DNA of 64,000 nucleotides from Cyanidioschyzon merolae (GCA_000091205.1 AP006492.2); one strand, 5' to 3'; numbered from the stretch's first letter, positions 51,021 to 63,550 are shown. The notes: generated by a model not told the origin, from the sequence alone. Numbers and translations: made by a program.

Positions 51021-54017
51021 GTGCGCAGCGGAACCCCCAAGCTGCCACAGAAAAGACCAAAACGATTTTACGCACTGCGAGCTTTCGCGTTTCCGATTGT
51101 AGGGTCGCTCCAGCAGTGCATGCAGCGCTCGCAAGCTTTATCCAAGAGAAACCTTCGGTTCCCTCGTGGACAAGGTCTGCTTAAAGTATTCGAAACCTTG
51201 GACAGCTGTGTGCTTGATGAGCAGCTTGCAACGTTCCTCGAGCCACCCTTAAAGTTCTGCCGCGGATGCTCAAACGTTGTGGTCAAGGTCGTTGACCAAC
51301 ACACAGGCAAGGCAGAGGCTTTATGGCTCAGACGGCCTTCTCCGTTCGAAGGTATTCAGGTGAAGTCTCGAAACGTTTTTGAGCTGGGCGTTAACGAGGT
51401 GAGTGTTTTCGAGCTGTGCCCGCTCAGGGGAAGTAGTGCTACCGGTACCGACTCCGACTTCTTTTACGCGGCCACGATTGGGAGGCCGGCACACAACGCC
51501 CGCAGCCGTGACCCAGTGCGAAGAGACTATGAGCTGCGCGTGCTGGAGGTGCGACTCGAACAAGAGCCCCGTCGGAGTGTCGGAACAGAATCTGTGACCA
51601 GTGCTACTGAAACAACAGCTGGCCTGCGAACCCGGCTCGTATCGTCGATATCTTTGTCCGCCTCAGCGGGTTACGGTGCTCCAGTGAGCATGACACTGCA
51701 TCACGGAATGCAGGGAGCATTGGTGAGCTTTGAGAGTGGGGATGTGCTCGTTATGATTGGTGAATTCCTCAACTCTAGTGAGCTGAACCAGGTCATGCTG
51801 CACGTCACAGATACGCCGCCTAGTTTTACGGCTTTCTTCGGCATGAGGCGCTTAGTGTTCGGCACCGAAAGTGCACTGCTGTGCGTGAGAACTTCCGAGC
51901 TGTTTGCCAGTGGCACTAGCGATACCCTTACAGACCAGAATCAAAATCATTCTTGGAAATGTTCTGCGAGCTCGCCTTTCCATGTCACGGAAGAACGACC
52001 CTGCTCGGCTCTCGTCACACCTGTTGATTGTAGTACAGCTCTGGATCGTGACACGACGTCGAATGCTCTCCCACCGTTTCTCGTATACCGGCGGGATCCG
52101 TCCGTGCAGTTGTACCATCTTGATTCTTGCTTCTACCTGAGCGCTGTGAGCGGACATGATCCGGTATCGATTGAAAGTCTGCCTGACGGATCGGTTGTAC
52201 AGCAGCTTGTCGTGAATCCGAGAGTTCCCGAGCATCCGACAGAGGGCGTCTCGAATAGAGCCTCCGATGCAGGCTGCGAACCTCGGCCAGCGGGAGGCGC
52301 ATCCGAAGAGAGCGCGTCAGAACCGACGTGGACAGTGCTCAGCCTTTTCAATGGTAGTGTCGTGATTGTTTCCGAGACGCTGCGGAATCAATTGTGTATT
52401 CTTCTGCGGCGACCGCTGTTTAACGTTGCGCGGGAAGCGCTGACGATCGGACGCTATTCGCTTGCCCTTCGACTATGTTACGATGCAGAAATCATGAAGT
52501 ATCCGGAGAGTCCGACGCTCATGGAACTCAGATCTCGTGCATTCAATGGCTTCCGCCATCAGATCGCTAAACAGTGCAAGGATGACCTTGTGTTTTGCGC
52601 GTACATGGAAGATCTTTGTGGAGTGCATCAGAACTGGATCACTCGGGTTCTCGCGAACTGTTCTGATCCAGGAATACCGAAGTTACTGATAGAACGATAC
52701 GAAAGCTTTCTGGACTATTCTGTGGATTTGATTGGCCCTGAAAAACGCGAGGCGTGTGCTGAAGGAGGCGTTCACTGTCCTGAGGAATTCGGGGATCTTG
52801 GTAGCCCAGAGCACACCATGCATTCCGCGGCAGAAACGCCTAGGAAAGAAACATTCTGCGGCCAGTTAGAGCATATGTCCAGGACTCCAGAAAGTTGTAG
52901 AAAAACGAAAGCCAAAGGCAAAGCTAACGATCTTGACACATTAGGGAAAGCGCATACTAGCCACGTACTCGATATGCATGAAAATACGCAAGCAGATCGC
53001 GCATCAGCGCATCAAGAAGCGCTGCAACCTGCCCTAGCGGGATGCGCACCAGAGAGCGTTTCTCATCTTCCTGGAAAGAGGGATCAAGTTTGGTGCTCTC
53101 TGGAGCTCACGAACATACCGAATGATATCCGCGATCCCGTGGGGAGCCTTCAGAACATATTTGACAGAGATCTACGCTTGGTGCTCTCAGATACTGCTGA
53201 TGCAACAGAGCGATCCAGGAAGCTCATAGACTACATCACATCGCAGAGGGTTGCGAGGATACTCGCGAAATGCCCAGAAGCTTTGACGCCGCTTCAGTGC
53301 GCTGCTATTCGCCATGTTGTCTTCAGTGGCGAGTACGCAGTATGTATCCTAGAAGCAGTGTTTCGCCTTTTGACCTTCTGCGGCAACGAGGTCCTCCGGA
53401 AAGATACCAGCCTCATTCAGGTGCTGCTCGAGCAGCTTCAGAACCCGCAAGACCTGGAACGGATCCTGGAATTTGCTGAGCTTTATGACTTGAGTTCGAT
53501 GACAGAGCGCCTCTATCGAAGACTGAAACGCTGGGATGAGCTCGCCATTTTCTTGCAGAATCGCGGAAGGTGTGAGGATCTCTTGCATTTATGTTCAGAA
53601 ATCGACATAGCTGAGAGTCATTTGTGGGAGCACGGCCTTGTATGCGCTCTTGGGGAATTCCTGAGCTCGTTACGCGAAGTTGAATTCCCAGTGGCACTTG
53701 GATATGCACAAGGAACGCGCGAACCCGCAGAAACGAGCCCGAAACGTTGGGCGCCTAGCTACTTGAAGCCAGGGGCGTCCCTTCACTCTGTGGTACAATG
53801 GTTGCGACGACACCGTATAGTATCGACAGCAGCACTCCCTATCATGTGCGAACGATTATGCTTGTTGGAGGCTGGACCCTGCGACGATAGACTCACTATA
53901 TCACGTCGTGTCACCCAAGCTATACGAGCTGAAATTCATGCGGAGGAGCGTCGATTCATACAAGAGTTGTACGAGAGCATTTTCTCCACGCCTCGACAGA
54001 TACCGTTATCGTTGTAA
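51021..54017 (+). CDS. hypothetical large protein (up to 998 aa). N-terminal region has OB-fold-like character; no assignable family.
   Basis: Long ORF. 'VVVKVVDQHTGKAEALWLRRPSPFEGIQV' resembles an OB-fold strand pattern. The listed start abuts the SPT4 start 3 bp away on the opposite strand, so the real initiator is probably a downstream Met (e.g. ~51120). Confidence 0.45.
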   Translation: MRSGTPKLPQKRPKRFYALRAFAFPIVGSLQQCMQRSQALSKRNLRFPRGQGLLKVFETLDSCVLDEQLATFLEPPLKFCRGCSNVVVKVVDQHTGKAEALWLRRPSPFEGIQVKSRNVFELGVNEVSVFELCPLRGSSATGTDSDFFYAATIGRPAHNARSRDPVRRDYELRVLEVRLEQEPRRSVGTESVTSATETTAGLRTRLVSSISLSASAGYGAPVSMTLHHGMQGALVSFESGDVLVMIGEFLNSSELNQVMLHVTDTPPSFTAFFGMRRLVFGTESALLCVRTSELFASGTSDTLTDQNQNHSWKCSASSPFHVTEERPCSALVTPVDCSTALDRDTTSNALPPFLVYRRDPSVQLYHLDSCFYLSAVSGHDPVSIESLPDGSVVQQLVVNPRVPEHPTEGVSNRASDAGCEPRPAGGASEESASEPTWTVLSLFNGSVVIVSETLRNQLCILLRRPLFNVAREALTIGRYSLALRLCYDAEIMKYPESPTLMELRSRAFNGFRHQIAKQCKDDLVFCAYMEDLCGVHQNWITRVLANCSDPGIPKLLIERYESFLDYSVDLIGPEKREACAEGGVHCPEEFGDLGSPEHTMHSAAETPRKETFCGQLEHMSRTPESCRKTKAKGKANDLDTLGKAHTSHVLDMHENTQADRASAHQEALQPALAGCAPESVSHLPGKRDQVWCSLELTNIPNDIRDPVGSLQNIFDRDLRLVLSDTADATERSRKLIDYITSQRVARILAKCPEALTPLQCAAIRHVVFSGEYAVCILEAVFRLLTFCGNEVLRKDTSLIQVLLEQLQNPQDLERILEFAELYDLSSMTERLYRRLKRWDELAIFLQNRGRCEDLLHLCSEIDIAESHLWEHGLVCALGEFLSSLREVEFPVALGYAQGTREPAETSPKRWAPSYLKPGASLHSVVQWLRRHRIVSTAALPIMCERLCLLEAGPCDDRLTISRRVTQAIRAEIHAEERRFIQELYESIFSTPRQIPLSL

Positions 54018-54682
54018 AATTTCAAAGACACGGCGAAAGCGAGCAGTGCATGGACATTGACTGCGCTTCTGGGATTTACCGAACCGCGGGCGGCGAGACG
54101 CGAACTTTTCGAGTGTACAGTCATCTATAAAGAAGAATACCCCTAGTTAGACTCATTCAGTTTTCACGACATAAAATGAGGAGTATCTGGTCCAAACTTG
54201 CTGTAGTATGCGAAACCATCGAAATACCAGCCTATCACGGTCACTCACAAAGGATAGAACTTGGCATCCAGATCCGGTTTCTGGAGCTTATGCTAATATT
54301 CCTCTGTAGTGGCACTAAAGGAAGATTATTAACCGAAGAAGGGATACCGCATCTACATGGCATGATTCGAATCGGTAGAGTCTGCATAAAATTCCTGAGG
54401 GCGCTCTTTTAACTAACGCAAGCATGCGAATCAGATGTAGCGAGGATGCGTGCATCCTTTAGAGCATGCGCAAAATTATCCCAAGCGATTCCATCGCTTA
54501 TGCACCATATCAAAGAGTTTTATCGACGGCGTTGCGGCAGCATATGATGCAAAGGATCCGGACGCTAGATGCCAGTGCAGATGAAGCGCCTTCTATCGAA
54601 GCTGTGCGTATCCGCGCTTTATGGGCTCAGTAAAGCGATCGATATCTGGGGAGCACACTCATACCTAGCCAGGTCTCTAGCT

Positions 54683-55612
54683 TTAGCAACATCGATCGAA
54701 CGGCGCTGTTCTTGCTCTTGTGGTTGTCATGCTTCCAGGCAACGCGTTCCTTTCTTGAAGTTCTTTCCACAGAATCTGGTAGACCGAGCCCCCGTCTGTA
54801 TCGGGGCAATGCGGGGCGCGTTCATAACCGCGGCGTTTGTACCAGATTAAAGACTCTGGATTATTTTTCAGGCAAGTGAGCGCAACACCAGCAACGTTCA
54901 ACTGGCTAGCTATACCTTCAACGAAATGAACAAGTTGCGTGCCGATCCCACAGCCGCGCCATGTATCTAGGCAATGCAACTCGTAAACATACAGAAGAGA
55001 ATGCTTCTCACATACAACACGCCCACTTTGAGTGCCCCGAGGCACCCACTCATTGACTATTCTATAACACGCAAATGCCACTGGTACCAGCAATTCGCTG
55101 TTGCATTCACTGCAGGACACCTGGGAGAGCACATGTTGGGTCGGAACATTTTGTGTTGTAGACGACCGGGTTCGTGAACGAACCTCCTTTTCGGACGAGT
55201 ACATGTTAACTATCTCGACAATAGAAGATTCTGTAACGCTTTGCTGCGCTGCTGGATCTCCTAGAGCGGCGGGATTTCTTTGCCAAAAGGCGATAACGAA
55301 CATGCTCGCCAGCGCAAATAGCTCTCGACGCTTCGCCTTTGTACTCCAACGTCGCCAGGCGCCTATTCTTGGCCCTTTGGAACCTGGAGGGACCGCGCGT
55401 GTATGTGCAAGGGAAGCAGCCTCGTTGTATATGGCTCGCATATGCCGTTCCGTCAGGTTCAAAATAAAGTTTTTCAGTTCAGAAGACAAGTCACGAGTGT
55501 TGAAGCTTCGAAATACGAGTCCCTGCATTCCATCACGAAGGTCTTGCCCTTTGATCATTGGCTTGAACTCACAGAGGAAATTCTCGTGCGCGCAACAAAA
55601 AGGTGATGTCAC
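54683..55612 (-). CDS. GNAT-family N-acetyltransferase, NAA40 (NatD)-like
   Basis: GNAT motif A 'LLYVYELHCLDTWRGCGIGTQLVHFVEGIASQ' and motif B 'LTCLKNNPESLIWYKRRGYE'. N-terminal region 'LKNFILNLTERHMRAIYNEAA...GAWRRWSTKAKRRELF' resembles the NAA40-specific segment. Start may be an internal Met. Confidence 0.55.
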   Translation of the reverse strand: MTSPFCCAHENFLCEFKPMIKGQDLRDGMQGLVFRSFNTRDLSSELKNFILNLTERHMRAIYNEAASLAHTRAVPPGSKGPRIGAWRRWSTKAKRRELFALASMFVIAFWQRNPAALGDPAAQQSVTESSIVEIVNMYSSEKEVRSRTRSSTTQNVPTQHVLSQVSCSECNSELLVPVAFACYRIVNEWVPRGTQSGRVVCEKHSLLYVYELHCLDTWRGCGIGTQLVHFVEGIASQLNVAGVALTCLKNNPESLIWYKRRGYERAPHCPDTDGGSVYQILWKELQERNALPGSMTTTRARTAPFDRCC

Positions 55613-56373
55613 TCAAAACCAAGAAGGACCAGAGCGGAGGGCTCCATCGGACCACAGCGCTAACATCGCTGCTGCAGGGCGATCCTGCCTTTGTTTCTGG
55701 AACTCTTTGTTCACCCCAAAGATCGAAATTTACTCTAGGTGTTCGACAGTTATCGTCTCGCGTGCAGCAAACAGAAGCGATTGCTCCGGCTGAGCGAGAT
55801 AGCGACAGTCGGTTTCTCTCGCCACCTTGGGTATGGGCTAAGCTGCTTACTGGCTCAGAAAATCAACTGAGCAAACAGTGCCCGACCAATATAGGTGGCT
55901 TTACGCGCAGCGCTGCACACTGAAGCGTCGAAGTCGAACGAGAAGTTCATTCATTGATTGACTGCAGCGCTTTGAGGCAAGCCTATCCTCCGGCGCGCCT
56001 TTCATGATGGAGTGGGACGACGAAGCGACGTGACCGCTGGCATTCGCGCGATGCAGCTGCGGCAATTCTTATTTCCGACGACAAAACGTTCACAATTACC
56101 GATGGATACCATATCGTGGGATGGGTATTGGCTTTAGGGAAAGCGTCCATCATGCTGCTGCACCCTACCTGCAAGTTCCATTAATTATATTTCCGTTCGG
56201 ATACCCTGGTCGTTTCGCACGTCCTGCGGTGCGCCCGGTGTATCCTGTATGCACCCGCCTTTGAGTTTGTACCGCTAGACAAGATGCATCACAGAGAAAG
56301 AACGGTTTTGTCACACCACAGAGCGCGTTGGCCCGAGGCATCGTTCATCTGAAACGGGGTCGGGGTTCATATC

Positions 56374-59150
56374 ATTCTGGGAGGCTGCAAGCTGTGCAGA
56401 CAGACCTACTGCCTGCGACAGCGCGAAGCGATTTAGTAGGAGTTCGCCGCTGCAAGGGGGACGCCCAGACGCTGCATGCCCCATAATTGTCACAGGATGA
56501 ACTGTGTAGCGGACGGGCTGCTCAGATCTCACTACGGTACCAGCCACTGCAGAGTTGCACAGAGCAGCTGCCCGGCAGGCTCATCGGGCTCCGGTGACCT
56601 TTCGCCTGAACGAGAAACTTTCGATGATCCGTAAAGCTTCCCTCCTTCTAACGTTTTCTGTGGAGGGGGAACGAAATTGTTATCGATCTGCTAGTTAGTG
56701 TTTAGTATTTGTTCTTTGCTCTCTACAGTGAGCTCCATAAGCGCACCTCCATATCCGGCATGCATGATACAAGACGTGCATCTTGCTGTTTAAGGGAAAC
56801 TCGATCCTGAAAAGTCGTCCTCCTTTTGTGCTAATGTAGAAGGTGTATTTACGTTCAAGTCATAGCAAAATTACAGTCATTCATTTCAATTGTGTTTCAA
56901 CCCTCAAGTTAGTATATTCAAGTGATTTTTCGCGGTTTGTAGCTGAGGCGCTCAAAGTGCGTTCGTTTCCTCAAATAAAAAAATAAAGTTATGGAAAATG
57001 AAGTGGAGGATCCTGAAGGGCCCGTGTTGCCCGCTGCCGGAAAAAAGTAAAAACAGTGCCGAGGATAGAGGAACAGGAGAAGACAAAGAAGCAGGGGGGA
57101 GACGTCAAAACGAACTCGAAAGACAGCACTACGACGAGAATGTAGTGCAAGCCTTTCTGCTATGGCATGTCAAGGATCCCTACAAATAAAAGTTGCGGGA
57201 GGCCGTCAGAAACCGTGTCGAGTCGTACTCCACGAGTATTCTTGAGGCTTCTTCAGGATTAAGGCATCTGGCGTAGCACAAGTATCGCGAAGTGACGGAC
57301 CTTAAAACAGTTGAGGTTCCGGAAGAATTTTTCGACGAAACCTTTATTCGTCACCAGAGGCTTGTCACAGAGAAATGTGGAAGAGAAATGAGCGAGCCTG
57401 TGTCCTCCACGAAAACTTCGCCGAACATCGCTTCAACAGAACTCGATACAGGGGAACTCGAATATTTAGAGATACGGTACAATGAATCATCTCACGAACC
57501 TGAAGAACCATGTGACCATGAACCTCAAAAGCTTCATGATACGCGCCGTGTTTGCGCTTTACCAGGGCCTCTCTCACAGAGCGAGATGAGCGATTATCGA
57601 TGGCATCACGAGCGATAATAAGAATGAACAGGAGATAGAATTCGTCGACAAGAAGAGATCACACAGGAGAAAGAAAGAAGTCTCTGCAATCTGTGTGGTA
57701 CTGGAGCTGGCCAATCCGGTAGAAAAGGTATCAGAGATGGAAAACGATGGAAAAGATGTTATTCCATCATTCTGTGTTAAATCGTGATCCTGAATCGAGA
57801 GCTCGAACGCAAAGCGGAGGTGGAGCCGGCTGTGAAAAAATGAAGAGTCGGAGAAAAGGAAGGCTTTTCTGATAGAAAAGCGCTTCAATATCGTTCCTTA
57901 ATGCAACATCGAGTGGCGCTTGATGACCATCGACTACATAGCCCTCCATGGCATCATTAGCGATATCAGTCCGGAGTTTGATGTAACCAGGAGAATTTTT
58001 ATGGTGAAAGCCAGGATACTGTTTGGAAGAATATATTCGATTTCAAAACTTTCAACACAAGCAAGAAAAGGTATCCACGGGAATCATCGAAAGCGATGGG
58101 GCATCCATATGCGTACCCTATCGGCGCTTGAAGGCGGATCGGTCTTTTCTGTTTTCGTTGTTGCCCCTAGCGAAGCATGAATAAAAGAAGGAGGCAGGTC
58201 CTATCACGCATGGGATGCAGGAGGACGTCATTGTCGTCAGCGTTGACCCTGGGAACAAGTATATCATGGCAATCGCAGTATCCAAGTCTGGAAAAGACGG
58301 CATTGACTGTAACTTACGTCAAAAAGACATGCAGCTTTTGAAGCTCTCAATAGCGAAATATTACCGAGAGTCCGGAATAATGCATGCAAGGAAGAAAAGC
58401 GAGACGTGGAATTGAGGAGTGAAGGAGCACCTGGAAGCGATCAGCCAGATGACGAGCCGAGGAGCGGACTTTCAAGCTTTTCTGGAATTGATGAAAATTC
58501 GCGCTGCTCATTACGAGGCGCTGTGGAAAGAGTACACAGAGACCTCGTGGGCTCGTCAGCGTACGAGCCTGTGCGGAGAAAAGAAGCGTGCATTCACCAA
58601 CTTCTTCAATCAGTTGGGTGCCCTCAAGGTAGTCAAGAGTCAAAGGCTCGTAGCAGCGTGCGGAACAGGGCGCTGGGCGTCCAAAAAGGGAACATTCCAG
58701 CTCCATCTACAAGAGCGTACAAAGAGTACGCACATCGTTTTCTCACAGTACCTATGGATGAGTTCCGAACGTCATGCATACACCATGAGCTGGGGTGTAC
58801 GCTCCGGAGGGTCGTGACGGGAAAGTGTCGGTTGGGCTCTGATGATATCGAAAATTACGGAGAGCTAATGGAACAGAAAATTGAAAGGAGAGCGAAAGTT
58901 CGAGGACTACATGCATTAGTGAGTACAAGCAGCTGCAAGCAACGTATGGAGTTCGTGAATCGAGGCTTTAACGCTGCGATCAGTATCAGGAGATGTGCGG
59001 TGCTGAAAACAAGATCCGCGGAGTTGACAAGAGCCAAGTCTCTGGGGCAATCTTTCAGACTCGAAATGTGCAAGAAGAAGCTGAAGCCGATAGCAGGCGG
59101 CTGGTCGAAAAAGACTGGGAGGCGTCTGCACGTCGGTGTATAGACATAAA
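56374..59150 (+). mobile_element. TnpB/Fanzor-like element, copy 2 (~2.8 kb), more degenerate than copy 1
   Basis: Collinear homology to 9352-12157: leader 56374-56620, upstream ORF 56998-57189, N-term 'DLKTVEVPEEFF' (57292), RuvC-I 'VIVVSVDPGNKYIMAIAVS' (58215-58415), Cys/His cluster 'EFRTSCIHHELGC', RuvC-III 'EFVNRGFNAAISIRRCA', conserved tail 'gactgggaggcgtctgcacgtcggtg'. Confidence 0.7.
57292..59143 (+). pseudogene. TnpB/Fanzor-like RuvC nuclease, multiple frameshifts
   Basis: ORF pieces 57292-57618, 58215-58415, 58419-58817, 58406-59143 in different frames carry the conserved motifs listed for the parent element. Confidence 0.6.
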
Positions 59151-60847
59151 CTCTATGGTTGTAAAGGATTCGCCGTTTCTTTCATCCTCGGGGAGATTAT
59201 TCAACGCCCTTGTCGGATGGAAATGATGCACAGAACCGCTTGCTCTCTTAAAGCCTTTGATTCTATTCCAAACTTTTCACTAGGTTATAGCCTCGGCATT
59301 CCAGGCTTAGCTAGGAAGACTTACGGATTTCAACGTAGTTTAAGCACCCGAGATCGTCTACTCGGATTGGCTCCATTGAAGCTTTTTGTGGCTGGAATTC
59401 GTTACGTGAGCAGAATTAGCATTATTCGAGACCCACTAAGACAAGGTTTCATAAAATAACCCATATTATTCTCCGACTTATACATACAATCTTCCGCTCT
59501 TATCTTTTCCTAACATTTGGTAAGGTAAATCATGCATTCCACAAGTCTTCGAGTTTTGTGTTTTGAGACAGCTCGGGTGCGCAACAATGTGCGCCTCTGA
59601 ATTGACGGAAGAAATATTCCACGTCATCGCTTGACGACTTTTTACCAAGAGCATCCCGGAAGTTTACATAATCTGTCATTTCAAAAACTTAACTCCCTTC
59701 GGAACAGAAATCCTCTTTTCTCGAGGGCCGCTGACGAATCGTAATTCCACTACAGACGCCTTTCACGTGCTATGCTCTCGGAGGCTCCACTTTCTTCTGT
59801 TTGCATGGGAAAGTTCATTCGACTCGGACGTAGCTCGTTGTGACGATCCCTTTCAGTGGAGCGTGCGTCAATGCTACGCGAGATTAGAGCAGAGATGAAT
59901 CGAAATTTCACGGCTTGCTCTCAGTCTGGGATTTTCGTTCCGGTGCTTGTGTGACCGGGTTTAGCATCGCTTTTACGAATCTTTTTTAATGGGAGAGTGT
60001 GCGCTTCCATGTGCAGCGGATAGAGTACATGCTGATCGGATCTCCTGGAAGAAATCCGTGATCGCATTGTGAGGCACCTGGTGGGTAAACAGAGGAGCGC
60101 ATCCAAAGCAGCCTCCTATATCCCTCAAGTGCATGTACATAGCGATAAAGCAAGCGATCGCGCGCTGCAGGGCAGCGATCTAAGGAGAAGGAGGAGATGT
60201 GGTGGACGTATGCGAATACCTGACCACAGGCAAATGCCACCTCTGCGAAGGGCGCATATGGGTTGTACGCAAAGAAAATGAAAATCAGAAGCGAAACGTA
60301 GATCCTAACTGCCGCCTATGCATAGAACGCGTCTACAATAGCCAGAAAGTGCGAAATGGAGAGTTAAGCACTGAGATCAACATCCTTCGACTGCTGGCAA
60401 CAGAGCTGGAGAGACTGGAGATACTAGCTTCATTAAAGCTTGAGATAAGGGAGAGGAAAAAGAAGCAGTCGAACAAAAGGACCACATTTGCTGATATTGG
60501 TATCCATGACGAGAGACCCAAAATTTGGTGTGTATGCCTTGGTTCGTAAAGTGAATCCGCTCCGTTTTATTTTGACCTGGGTGAAGATGCAAACGAAAGA
60601 CGCAAACTGAAAAGACACTTTTGTACTAAAACATTCAGAATCTGCGCTGTGCGTCTACACTTGGTTCCATACAATTTGCGCATTGTTATAATACGCGCAA
60701 TACGCGCTTACAGCTGAGAGCGAGTTCGGAAGCAAAAGATCTGAAATAGCAGGAATCCAGCACAGTCGCTTACCGGGAGAAAATAAACCGCGTCGGCCTA
60801 GAAGTCAGAACCGAGCACGGCATTGTTTCCTGCAATAAAACGGAAAC

Positions 60848-63550
60848 ATGCCAGACAGGGACTCGGGTCGCAGCCCGAGCGACGCTTCAGGCAGAAACGT
60901 CGGCGCAGTTGACGACCACTCAGGTCCCGGTGGAGTCCATGCGTGGCTATTTAAGCTGAAACAAGGAGGTGTTCTTGCACCCGGTGACCAGATTACGGCG
61001 AACTATAAGCGTGACGTTTTCATTGCTGAGGTAGATTCTGCAGGTTTTCTCGTTGTTCTCGGTGCGCGGGAGGCTTCTACGGGTACAGATAATAGCACCG
61101 AATACCAAGATCTGATAGGCGTCCGCTTTGGATCTCCAGACAGTTTTATGGAAGCCATGACGAATATCTACCTGTCGCGTCGAAGAGGAAGACGTGGTCG
61201 CGAAGGGTTAGACGGTTGGGAAAGCTGCGTTGCACAGCGCCAGCAGAAGTCTCTGGGAGAACTCTATCGCGAGCTCGAACAACTAGTCAACGCGAGTTCA
61301 GATCAGAGTCTTGAAGGAGGAAGAGGCAAACTTGAGGGTTCTTCTGTGAAACGTATGACGCCTGGGTCCCGGGGAAGCTCCCGAAAACGGATACAAAGAA
61401 AATCGAATGAGCCCTCGACTAGTTCGGATGAGGCCAGCGCTGTTCACCAATCCCTGTCCTTCGCCAAGCGAAAAAGCCAGGTGTCACGAGCTTCCGAGGA
61501 ATCCCCTTCCCAAAGCGAAAGCAGCCAGGAGCAGCAAACGAACGAGTTGCGACTAGAGCGGCGTTCTACACGCGCTGGTTCTCATGATGATGCTACCGTC
61601 AGCACCTCTTCTGGGCCAAGACATGATGGAAAATCGAGTGAACTGCACATCGAAGCGCATCCTCGCAAATACCAAGCTCAGCAGGGAGGCGTAGAAAAGA
61701 AGTTCCCCGAAAAATTGCCCCGTCGCTCTTCGGGAGTGGCCGCGCATCGAAAGGATACGGCTGAGCCTCATCCAAGGGGTTCCAGCGATTCAAGTCCTGA
61801 AGAATTGACTGAATCTGAACGTACTCAGAAAGCGATTCGTGACCAGCACAAAGTTCATCCCGCTGAAGCAAACAACAGCAGCTTTTCAACAGCTCAGTGG
61901 GAATCACTGAATTTGGAACAAATAGCCCGAAGAATGTTGGAAATGTTAACTTTGAAGCCCAAAGCTTTATTTGATGACGCGGATCCCGAATCGCTCATGC
62001 GGCTGCAAGAGCTTTCAGAGCACGTGAAGGCTAAGTTACAAAGTCTTTCGGCACATGCTCGAGCTGAAGAGCCCATTCTAGCGTCGTTCGCTGCGGGATA
62101 CTTAAAGGGGATTGGCGAGGGCAGAAGCGCCATTGCACATGTTGCGACGAAAGCAGTTACATCTGGTTCTTTTGAGGCTGATGGGGAATCGGAGAATTTG
62201 AGCCGGATTAAGGGTCCTCAGGGCACTGCACTGGCTCCCTCTGCGAGGTCTACCGAAGCTGACACTACGATCGAATCCGACGACACAGAGCGTCCCACTG
62301 AGGCTCGAACTTCCGAGTCAGAGAAAGGTTCAAAGCGTCGAAAGGTGGAGTGGGATGGGCTACGTACTAAGCTTGAGGCAGAAATGATGGCTAGGCAGGA
62401 GCTAGAACTCGAGCGACGAAATCTTCTCGTGAGTCTGTCGGATTCTCAAAAGTTTCTCGTCCGCGAAGCCAAAAGGCGCCGATTGCTTGAGTCGGAGCTC
62501 TCAGCAGAGCGCATGCAGAGTAGCGAACTGCGGGGTAGAATCGATCGAATCCATCTTCGATTAAGCCATCTACTCGGCATCGACAATGAAAATTTCTTGC
62601 GCATCGATGGAGACGAACGCGTTGATCATAGCGTTCAGAGTGCAGAAAATGCGGAGAAACTCAGCGAAAATCATCCGCAAACTGTGGATGAGGAAGAGCA
62701 GATCGTCAGTGAAAGAGGTTCCCAATTCACAACTCCCGGTGAATTCTCCAGGAGGGCTGAAGACCAGCCTTCACATCCGACCGGAAGCCAGTTTTCATTA
62801 TCTGAGAACCAAGTTTTGAAGGCGCGTCTGCGAAGAATTGAACGCGAACTCAGAGAATGGAAAGCCATGCTCGTATCCGAGCGGTGCGTGCGTGCGATCT
62901 TGGTCGATGCAAAGTCGCGACTGGAATCTGATATTGGCGACTTACGCATCATATCGGAAAAGGTTCAGGAACGAAAGCGACCGCACAAAGAGTCGTCTCA
63001 GAAAAAGTCGAAAAAGAAGGCGAGTTCGAAAGGACATGCGCAAACTCTGGCTCCATCGCAGCATATGGGACAATCTCTGTCAATGTTGCCAAACGTTCCT
63101 GTAATCTACGGGAACGAGATATCCGCCTATGATCGAATGGCCGGATTTGTTCCGCCTTCGATGCCGGAGACTGTCCCAGGATTTAGCGCCTACTCACCAG
63201 TCTATTACTATCCATCTTTGCCGCAAAGAAACGGTCTTCCTGGAGAAATGCCATTAATTATGTCAGCGCAGAACATGTGGCCTCCGCAGGAAGTGGTTCA
63301 ACATCAGTACGGAATTGCTCAACCTTTCGTGCACCTGGACGCGGCCCAGCTACCTGGACATGGCGTGGAGGCGAATTTCCCGTCTGGTGTTGAGCAGGAG
63401 ACACGCTATGGATATATGACGGAGAATTACCCGAACTTTGACGGTACGTTTAGAGGGGGGGTACCCGGTACGATACCATCTATGGTCAACCAAGTGTTCG
63501 CCCGTGATCCGCCGCCCTTCGATTACAGGAATGCGCAGGGCTCACGATGA
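60848..63550 (+). CDS. hypothetical protein (900 aa): Ser/acidic low-complexity middle, central coiled coil, Pro/Tyr-rich C-terminus
   Basis: Long ORF. Coiled-coil segment 'MARQELELERRNLLVSLSDSQKFLVREAKRRRLLESELSAERMQSSELRGRIDRIHLRL'. No enzymatic motifs recognised. Confidence 0.45.
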   Translation: MPDRDSGRSPSDASGRNVGAVDDHSGPGGVHAWLFKLKQGGVLAPGDQITANYKRDVFIAEVDSAGFLVVLGAREASTGTDNSTEYQDLIGVRFGSPDSFMEAMTNIYLSRRRGRRGREGLDGWESCVAQRQQKSLGELYRELEQLVNASSDQSLEGGRGKLEGSSVKRMTPGSRGSSRKRIQRKSNEPSTSSDEASAVHQSLSFAKRKSQVSRASEESPSQSESSQEQQTNELRLERRSTRAGSHDDATVSTSSGPRHDGKSSELHIEAHPRKYQAQQGGVEKKFPEKLPRRSSGVAAHRKDTAEPHPRGSSDSSPEELTESERTQKAIRDQHKVHPAEANNSSFSTAQWESLNLEQIARRMLEMLTLKPKALFDDADPESLMRLQELSEHVKAKLQSLSAHARAEEPILASFAAGYLKGIGEGRSAIAHVATKAVTSGSFEADGESENLSRIKGPQGTALAPSARSTEADTTIESDDTERPTEARTSESEKGSKRRKVEWDGLRTKLEAEMMARQELELERRNLLVSLSDSQKFLVREAKRRRLLESELSAERMQSSELRGRIDRIHLRLSHLLGIDNENFLRIDGDERVDHSVQSAENAEKLSENHPQTVDEEEQIVSERGSQFTTPGEFSRRAEDQPSHPTGSQFSLSENQVLKARLRRIERELREWKAMLVSERCVRAILVDAKSRLESDIGDLRIISEKVQERKRPHKESSQKKSKKKASSKGHAQTLAPSQHMGQSLSMLPNVPVIYGNEISAYDRMAGFVPPSMPETVPGFSAYSPVYYYPSLPQRNGLPGEMPLIMSAQNMWPPQEVVQHQYGIAQPFVHLDAAQLPGHGVEANFPSGVEQETRYGYMTENYPNFDGTFRGGVPGTIPSMVNQVFARDPPPFDYRNAQGSR

